Source: Octopus bimaculoides
Taxonomy: Eukaryota
Length of the DNA stretch: 64,000 nucleotides
Direction of reading: 5' to 3'
Assembly: GCF_001194135.2 (NCBI RefSeq)
Contig: NC_068984.1
Coordinates: 81,857,979-81,921,978 of the forward strand
In this document: piece by piece, positions 56,501 through 64,000 of the stretch
How the letters are laid out: each line of letters begins with the position of its first letter
Numbering within the stretch: position 1 is the stretch's first letter
The notes under the pieces: generated by a model
Databases searched by the model: none
Told to the model about the DNA's origin: nothing
The model's input: the letters and a program-made list of their open reading frames with translations, nothing else
Made by a program: the position numbers and the translations under genes

Positions 56501-59500
56501 CTGCTCTGTCCAGTGTGTCCCACTTGATATAAGGGTTAGGGTATGATTTGAGATCATTTGGGTGTTATTTCTAGCGTGTTAACCAACCGCGTAAAACTCC
56601 CTCGTTGAATCGCATTCAATGTCTAGTTTAATGTAAATGTATCTGTGTTCCAAAACTAGGACGAAGTTACGTGCTTAACACCGAGTTCAATAAATCGAGT
56701 ATTTTTTAGATAAAATATTCTACAGAAAATAGTCTCAGCTCATAATAAATATTTCCAGGAATTTTCTGCTCATTTCAGGGCACACACTTTATAGTCAAAT
56801 TAGTCGCTAGTATCTAAACCGTTTAATACATAACATGGTCTAGCGCAGTGGTTCTCAAACTTTTCAAAAAACTTACTTGCTGGTCCCCTTACACCTTTTT
56901 CGATGATTTGCTGTTCCCTATGAAATGCAGGATAATTAACATGGAAAAATGACATACATTCGTGTACTGTAATTTCCCGACTATGAACCCGAATGAGAAT
57001 GGGTGTCTGGCAAAAGGCAAGGACATGCAGAAACATGCACCGGTGAGGATAACGACAGCGATAGACATGCAAACGTGTGGATTGCAATAGTGGAGTGGTG
57101 AATCATGTGAGCGTAGAATACCGACAGCACATGTACGATCAACCGTTATACCCGCATATTTTCCATCAGTCAATCACACCTGTTGTACAGCAAGTGTGAT
57201 TAGTAAATGAGCGTATAGGAGAGGCGGGTGATTTTGAGGTTAACAATAAGAAAGGATGATAGCATGCGAAAAACTGAATGTCTTGAAATTTTTAAACTTA
57301 ACTGTCTCAAACCACCTGTTTTCACGATACTTCAGCCCCTCTTCACGGTCCCCCTAAAATCGTTTCGCGGTCCCCCTAAAATCGTTTCGCGGTCCCCCAG
57401 GAGACTGCAGACCCCATTTTGAGAACCACTCGTCTAGTGCATAGTTCATCCTGGATATTTTCGTTGACCAGAAGACTTAACTTTATCATGTGTATGATTA
57501 GACGTAACTATATCAATAAAATATACTATAAATGTAATTTTATGTGTGTGTGTGTGTGTGTGTGTAACGGTGATGTTTTTAGTTGAAGTCGAGGGTCACC
57601 AATTGTAACAGTTGTTGTTAAGGTGTTGGTTGCCAGTATGCAAGATGGAAGAACAGTGATCGAAGTTTTAAGGAAATATTTATTTACTTTTCTTGTATGT
57701 TGTTGCTGTTTATGTTTAGTCAACTGCTAGCTACCCAACTAGGAATTAGAAGATAGTGTGAATGTTAAAAGTAAGGAGTCGATAAAAGGATACCTTCATG
57801 GTGCCTGACATTTAAACGGCAGTGGTGTTGTGATAAGACACTGTATCATAGTTGGCATTCTCACTAGTAAGCCTTCTCTCAGTTGAATTATCTCACTAAC
57901 TGGATTTTGCCTTTGGTCGCCTCTCCGTCATCTCCTTTTTGCCAATTAGGTTCTCACTAACTGGATTCTGCCTATGGTCGCCTCCCCGTCATCTACTTTT
58001 TGCCAACTAACTTTTTCCTACGGTGTGGTAGTATTTATAATTTTCCAAACTAGTTAAAAGGAAAGACATATTGTTGAGAACAATAGATTTCGTTGTCGGT
58101 CTGTTATCTCTATTCTAGCTTTTGGTGACCAAGAAGAGGTTAGAAGTGTGAAGTGGCAAAGACATTATTCTGTTTAGACAAGGCATCTGGCAAATATAAC
58201 TGCTGGCACTCACAGAAAAACTGTTTTACCGTGAGAAAAGTGCTGTTGAACTGTGAAATGAAATTTAGCGAATCCACGTTATGCCTGCATCAACCACTAT
58301 ATATATATGATCAACGATATGAATACACTTACATTGTTTTAGATTATTGTAGGTACATGAATATTACTTCACTGAAATTAGTCCAGAAATTTAGGAGTTA
58401 AAGACAGAAATGACCATTATGAAATTGTGATGAAGTAACTTACCTTTACAAGCTGAAACCCAGTTAACCTCTTAAACTGATGTCACAGAGATAGGTCTCT
58501 GTAACATCAGAAAGTTTAATTAGAATACGCTGTAAGTTCAACTAGAGAAAGAAGTTTGCGATTCTGAGACCGTAAATGCATTTAACATTTGTCATTGAAT
58601 ACGTAAATATGTATTATATAAAGGTAAAAGAAAATGTTTTGCTCCGATTATACCGTATGATCACTGTATATTTAACGATTAGCTTCTGACCGCAGCTAAA
58701 GATCATCTTATAGTAATCTGTTAATAAAACTGGCAGTATATTTCCATTTCTCGTTGATTGTTCATTTGCATAGCGAGAAGACAGCATACATTTGTACCAT
58801 CAGAGCTGTCTCTATACAATTTACTGAACTTCGTTGTTCAAAATTGTTCCTGATCGGTAGACAACGCTAGAAATGACAGGTTACACACCTCCAATATCTT
58901 TTCTGTTTTTGTTGTTATCCTTCCCCTGATACATACACTATCTCAAAAGAGACAAAAATAGAGTGAAGTCAAAGACAATTGCAGCAACTAAAGCAGAAAA
59001 TAGCAAGAAATGTATCTTCAGACGCATGGTTTTTGTAAATAAAGAATAACATGCTTCTCTCAAGCTTCATTATATAAAGAGAAATATAAGAAAATTAAGC
59101 TTACTATTATTACAGAAGTCAATCTTTTGCGCTGCCGGATATTCTGAAAACAGGAAATAGTTTCAATATATATTTTTTCAAATTGAATATTTATTTCAGA
59201 AAGATTTATACCATACGAATGTTATCTAACTTTATTTGCAACTATAGTTAAAATTAAGTTCTGAAGTTGTTAATATATCTATTATATGTCTTATCTCATT
59301 TACTGTGCCTTCTATAAGGTAAATGTTTCTGCAGGCCTCGATGTAATGACGGGGACCAATTTTCAATATGGTTTCATAATTTCAAGCATGTATTATCTAA
59401 CACATTGAGTAGGATACTGTACCACATTAATATAAATAATGAAGTTGGAATGTTTAGTGCCCATTTCCGATCACCCCACTCAAAATCAATCCGGTAACTA

Positions 59501-61740
59501 GTAATCAACTCTTTAACTGCATAACTGGTCGACATCACGATCGAGGGATCGCAATATCAATCAGCGTACAAGTATTTACGTTCCACTCCTTGACTATTAC
59601 GTCTGGACGCTTTGCCTTAAACTTTTTATCAGTTCGAACAAGCATGTCTCAAATTATTTTGAATAGGCTGATGTCATATATTGTATTTCACATGTTTATG
59701 CCACTTTTTATCCATTTTCATGTCGAAGAGTTGGTATAGTACTCAAGCATGTCTTAAATCCGGAAATGACGTTGTTAACCATCTCATTGTACTTGTTGCA
59801 TAGTCTGCGTGTGATGCTATCATCATTCCCAATTTCATTTCAGTAGTTATTTTTGGCAACATTATTCTTGATTTTGTGCAGACGCTTCTGTTTCTACATT
59901 AATCCAGAGCTTTCGAACCATTGTTGGCTTCCGATCAAGCTTGTTTCTTCTCCATCGGATCCTGTGGGATATTGGCCATAGAGCGATTTTCTTCTTTCCA
60001 TTTTACTTTAGCAGATTCTAAAATCTCATTTTCATTTTGTCTTTTCTTTTTTATTCATTTTACTGTTGTTATTTTGTAGTAGCTGTCTATGTTTTTATCA
60101 GTCACTGCCCTCTTTGTGTATGAGGTAGATGTATTCTATCTATAAAATAACATAACATGTTACAGCACAAATGTTTGAGAGAACTTCGTAGTTAGGCTGG
60201 ACTGTCGATGTCGTAGACACATTTGACGTACTGTTTATGGTTTGTAGAGGCAGGTGTTTGGTCTGTGGTCTTCATACAGCAATGATGTAGACAGGCGTCT
60301 GGTGATGATGAGAGCGGAAAGTGACTGGTGTAAGGACATCGTTGCTAGAGACGAGATGCGTGTGTGGTTAGTGGCAAGTGCCAAAGACCTAAAGCAGTCG
60401 AAAATTGTCCTTCTCATAGGGAATATTGGGCTCCCAGAAGCTAGTGAAAATTTTTCTGCTAAGAGAACTCGTAATCCATTTTAGCGCATCTGACTAGTTG
60501 ACCGTGTAAATAGGCGCAATTGTTTAGGGGACAATTTGCGCCTAAAAACTAACCAATCAGGACAATGGTTACAACCTGGTCTTTATAGCTAAGTGTTTTC
60601 TGCTATGTCCAAACAATAACTATAAATCAAAGGGCGAGAGAATAATTTGCTTTCTTTAATTTTGTCAATCCGTTCTGCTACAAGGGTAATCAAAAATACA
60701 GAACTGGTATTTTAGATAAGTAAAGTACCAGTTCTATACTAAGGTCAATTATCTGTTTTTTCTGCCTTTCTCAATCTGTTCCTCTCTCTACCAAGAAGAA
60801 ATGGGTTATGGTCAAACTTGAAAAGGAACGGGTTCCCCAGGTATAAAAATGCTGAAGACACGCCTTATATTACGGTTGCACCTCTATTATTCTATCAGGC
60901 ATAGAGGGGCCTAAAACAAACGCGATTGCAGGAATTTCTCCTTCAAGTCTCACTAATAGCAGAACCTCAAATCGCTACTTCAAGTTAGCCAAACACTAGT
61001 CTATGGTACAGAACTATCACTGTTTAAAACAATGAGCTGTGCCATATATGATACCTGGTTACAGGTATATGAAGCAAATCAAGTGAGAGTTAAGTGCCCT
61101 TGATTGTAGCTTTGCACTGCATTGCTAACAGATATATGATTCGCAGAAACTTTCATCAGTCTTACACGCAATCGAAACTACCAGTGGCGGGTGTTTTAGA
61201 ATAAATATAGGTTGGAAAATAACAAAATATAATCAACGTACCTCGNNNNNNNNNNNNNNNNNNNNNNNNNNNNNNNNNNNNNNNNNNNNNNNNNNNNNNN
61301 NNNNNNNNNNNNNNNNNNNNNNNNNNNNNNNNNNNNNNNNNNNNNNNNNNNNNNNNNNNNNNNNNNNNNNNNNNNNNNNNNNNNNNNNNNNNNNNNNNNN
61401 NNNNNNNNNNNNNNNNNNNNNNNNNNNNNNNNNNNNNNNNNNNNNNNNNNNNNNNNNNNNNNNNNNNNNNNNNNNNNNNNNNNNNNNNNNNNNNNNNNNN
61501 NNNNNNNNNNNNNNNNNNNNNNNNNNNNNNNNNNNNNNNNNNNNNNNNNNNNNNNNNNNNNNNNNNNNNNNNNNNNNNNNNNNNNNNNNNNNNNNNNNNN
61601 NNNNNNNNNNNNNNNNNNNNNNNNNNNNNNNNNNNNNNNNNNNNNNNNNNNNNNNNNNNNNNNNNNNNNNNNNNNNNNNNNNNNNNNNNNNNNNNNNNNN
61701 NNNNNNNNNNNNNNNNNNNNNNNNNNNNNNNNNGAAGAAG

Positions 61741-61802
<62 letters not shown>

Positions 61803-63588
61803 GAAGAAGAAGAAGTAGAAGAAGAAGAAGGAGGAGGAGGAGGAGGAGGAGAAGAAGAAGAAGAAGAAGAAGAAGAAGAAGAAGAAGAAGAAGAAGAAGA
61901 AGAAGAAGAAGAAGAAGAAGAAGAAGAAGAAGAAGAAGACATTCAGTGATGAGGGAAAGGATTAGAAGAGTGTTATCGCAGGGTAAGAGCAATACTCAAA
62001 ACAGAGCTGAATGCAAGAAACAGGATCGAAGCGATCAATACTTAAGTCATACAAGTTGTGACTTACAGTTTCAATATCATAAACTGATCGATTACTTGAC
62101 AGAAAAATACGAAGATTGTTGACAATGCATAGAATGCACCACCCTAAGGCAAATATAGAGCGACTTTATCTGCCAAGAAAAGAGAAAGGCCGTGGACCTT
62201 TACAACTGGAATTAACAATGAAGATTACCACAACTGGCCAAGACACCTACGTGAAAAACTGTGAGGACTGGATGCTAAAACTTGTCTCAAAACATGAAAA
62301 CAAGAAAGCATCATACTCAGTAACAAAACAGGCAAAAGAATATATAAGTGAATTCCAAATACAACAAAAATTCCAGAATTAGACGACTAGAAACAAGCAC
62401 AGAAAAAGCTAAGCGTATGAAAACCCGTGCTAAAACTGCTGCCTTAGATATTCTCACTGATAAACGGCAAGAAAAACCTCTCAATGGCAAATACCCAAAG
62501 AGAGCTAATAATGCCAATGTTGACAAAGCCCTTACCCATCAATGGCTAATGGCTTCTGGTTTTAAATCAAAAACAGAAGGGTTTATCATAGCAGCCCAAG
62601 ATCAAAGCCTACCTACAAGAAACTACCAGGCCAACATATTAAAAGAACGGCAGCTGTCCAACATGTCGTGTATATCAATAACAAAATGAAATCATTGATC
62701 ATGTTGCCTCCATGTGCAGTCTTCTTGCGCCTACAGAGTATCTCAACAGGCATGATAGAGCTGCACAATATATTCACTGGGTAATTTGCAAAAACCTGGA
62801 CCTGCCCCATGATAAAAACTCGTGGGAACACCTCCAGTGCTTGAAAATGATCACATCTCACTCCTTTGGAACTTCACCATTCAAACTGACAGAAAGATAG
62901 GCCAGATATTATATTGAAATACTTAAGACAAAAATCATGCTTCCTCGTTGATATGACTGTCCCAATCGATATTAACGTATCTGTCAAGACCTACCAAAAA
63001 CTGATCAAGTATAAAGATCTTGAAATAGAAATTGGCAAAATGTGAAACCTCAAGACTAAAATAATACTTATTGTCATAGGTGCCCTAGGATTGCTACCTA
63101 TCTCAGATACCAGGAAACCCCAAAATGGCAGAAATTTAAAAGATAGTGCTCATGGGAACTGCCCATATTCTACGTAAAATACTGTCTATGTAATCTCAAA
63201 ATTTAAAACAAACTCATAATTTTCTTATGTTTTCTTAAACATTCTCTAGAACAATACGATGTACAAAACCAAATATATGATATCCTAGGCATAACACCAA
63301 CATGAACTTCTAACTTGTTGTTTCTTGAGGCCTCTGGGTGAGATTTGGAACCAACTTGCACAAATGCAAATCAAAAGTCAAGCATATGATAATAATAATC
63401 ATCAATAATATTAATACGCCAATTTGTTTTTTGTACGTACCTGACGCGTGTGTCACGCTTAAGAGAAAGAAACTTTTGTTGCTTAAATAAAACTTTTTAA
63501 CTAGAACGCTTGCAATTTCTGGAAGAGATTTGAGACCACTACCTATGTGTTGTATTATTACTTTTCAACACCGATGCCCACTGGGCCA
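47536..63588 (-). CDS. Candidate micro-exon gene: array of symmetric phase-1 microexons (first/last exons not resolved)
   Basis: Ten exon candidates of 21-60 nt, each with yAG acceptor and GTAAG/GTAAT donor, each a multiple of 3, all open in phase 1. Phase 0 and phase 2 are each closed by stops in some members. Duplicated intron flanks link several. No homology recognised. Confidence 0.65.
48633..48677 (-). CDS. Microexon, 45 nt (x-DKLHSWTTTADSED)
   Basis: ctgttttctttag|AAGACAAG...GAAGACA|gtaata. Confidence 0.6.
48753..48812 (-). CDS. Microexon, 60 nt (x-NQKYAKRALEQPRVLEQPS)
   Basis: tatttctttcgattatag|ATAATCAG...CCAAGTA|gtaagt; internal in-frame 18-nt duplication. Confidence 0.65.
49437..49484 (-). 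CDS. Microexon, 48 nt (x-PKTVLNKTFTTTATK)
   Basis: gttatatgttccag|CTCCTAAA...ACAAAGA|gtaagt; Thr-rich, NKT sequon. Confidence 0.65.
49960..51610 (+). mobile_element. Three SINE family A copies (~49960-50160, ~50183-50405, ~51405-51610)
   Basis: Same core as 27822-28033. Confidence 0.8.
51006..51032 (-). CDS. Microexon, 27 nt (x-SEINSDKN)
   Basis: ttttcgtgttttcag|AATCAGAGATAAATTCCGATAAAAACA|gtaagt. Confidence 0.65.
52229..52267 (-). CDS. Microexon, 39 nt (x-YHRLIKQLYFSN)
   Basis: ttttacaattttcag|AATATCAT...TCAAATG|gtaaga. Confidence 0.65.
54893..55352 (-). mobile_element. RTE-clade (Rex3/Expander-like) LINE 3' end with (ATGG)n tail
   Basis: FVPILIFGHECWVMTERVQSRIQATDM.F.R...LLDRARSSEI...GHV.KM; (CCAT)6 at 54893-54916 on +. 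Confidence 0.85.
55758..55778 (-). CDS. Microexon, 21 nt (x-LLMHSN)
   Basis: agttctag|ATCTGTTGATGCACTCTAATA|gtaagt; weak pyrimidine tract, abutting a repeat. Confidence 0.45.
56214..56252 (-). CDS. Microexon, 39 nt (x-QNASGNHEIDEN)
   Basis: cttcttgttttcag|AGCAAAAC...GAAAACA|gtaagc. Confidence 0.65.
56846..57431. mobile_element. hAT/Charlie-type MITE, 586 bp
   Basis: TIRs CAGTGGTTCTCAAA / TTTGAGAACCACTC; 8-bp TSD GTCTAGCG / GTCTAGTG; internal 22-bp tandem repeat at 57346-57398. Confidence 0.85.
57891..58010. repeat. 61-bp tandem duplication
   Basis: TCTCACTAACTGGATT.TGCCT.TGGTCGCCTC.CCGTCATCT.CTTTTTGCCAA x2. Confidence 0.9.
59105..59143 (-). CDS. Microexon, 39 nt (x-YPAAQKIDFCNN)
   Basis: atttcctgttttcag|AATATCCG...AATAATA|gtaagc. 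Confidence 0.65.
59330..60040 (-). mobile_element. Highly decayed R4/Dong-clade LINE 3' portion
   Basis: TDKKFKAKRPDVIVK...TCTLIDIAIP (RLE PD-D motif) with upstream zinc-finger-region remnants. Confidence 0.7.
61734..61939. repeat. (GAA)n/(GAG)n trinucleotide repeat next to an N-gap
   Basis: Direct reading. Confidence 0.98.
61940..63416 (+). mobile_element. 5'-truncated R4/Dong-clade LINE (RT C-terminus, zinc-finger region, RLE) with TAA-rich tail
   Basis: MHHPKANIERLYLPRKEKGRG, ETEGF-like KTEGFIIAAQDQSLPTRNY, EYLNRHDRAAQYIHW, LLWNFTIQTDRK, VDMTVP.D.N...K..KYKDL, VIGALG, GTAHILRK; stop at 63191-63193; ATAATAAT tail at 63388-63416. Confidence 0.9.
63562..63588 (-). CDS. Microexon candidate, 27 nt (x-AQWASVLK)
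   Basis: gttgctgtttcag|TGGCCCAGTGGGCATCGGTGTTGAAAA|gtaata. Confidence 0.45.
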
Positions 63589-64000
63589 CTGAAACAGCAA
63601 CGATCTTAATGAGAAAAATTAAGATACTTAAATCTAACGCGTATGTCGAGCAAGGGAGAGAGGAAGTGAAAGAGAAAGAGAAAGAGAATGAGAGAGAAAG
63701 AGAGAAATGACGGCATGAAACTGTCTTTTCGGAGTGGTTGATAGGCACGATTGAACTGAAATTGACCCCTGGCTATTAAAGGCCCAACAACACACACTCA
63801 CATTTATTTTAGGTCTTCTACCCATTTGAATTCGGCCATACACCAGATAACATGGTAAGTCTTATGTTCCGAAATTTAAATTTTGAATTTGTTTTAATTA
63901 TGAAATTGCACCTCAGCTAAAAAACATCTTTTGGTTTTCGAATACAAACTTTTCTTTCTCTTTCTTTATTTTTGTTAAGTTAAATTTCTCTGTTTTGGTC

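Noticed and set aside
60106-60135. 30-nt phase-1 microexon candidate (x-YIYLIHKEG)
   Set aside because: Needs the second of two tandem AGs and a weak gtgact donor; not counted among the ten.

Overview
Eukaryotic, AT-rich, repeat-dense scaffold window with seven N-gaps. The repeat families suggest a cephalopod, most likely Octopus (inference). (1) A complete 14-exon sorting nexin 4 (SNX4) gene lies on + (6124-38631; 1314-nt CDS, 437 aa, PX + BAR; all GT-AG, all phases consistent). (2) Its 14-kb first intron holds a decayed antisense Mag-type Gypsy LTR retrotransposon whose integrase is split by a full-length mariner, plus two more mariner remnants. (3) Elsewhere are CR1-group, RTE and R4/Dong LINE remnants, an ORF1-only LINE derivative inserted into a SINE, MITEs and many SINEs. 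(4) The main unexplained signal is invisible to the ORF track: on the minus strand from 47.5 to 63.6 kb, converging on SNX4, are at least ten 21-60-nt microexon candidates. All have canonical splice sites and lengths divisible by 3, and phase 1 is the only frame open in all of them. Duplicated intron flanks, stop-containing or frameshifting sister copies and an EGF-like Cys-rich frame accompany them. This resembles a micro-exon gene (MEG-like) able to make combinatorial in-frame isoforms. Its first and last exons are not securely identified, and there is no transcript evidence here. All coordinates and identities were counted by hand.
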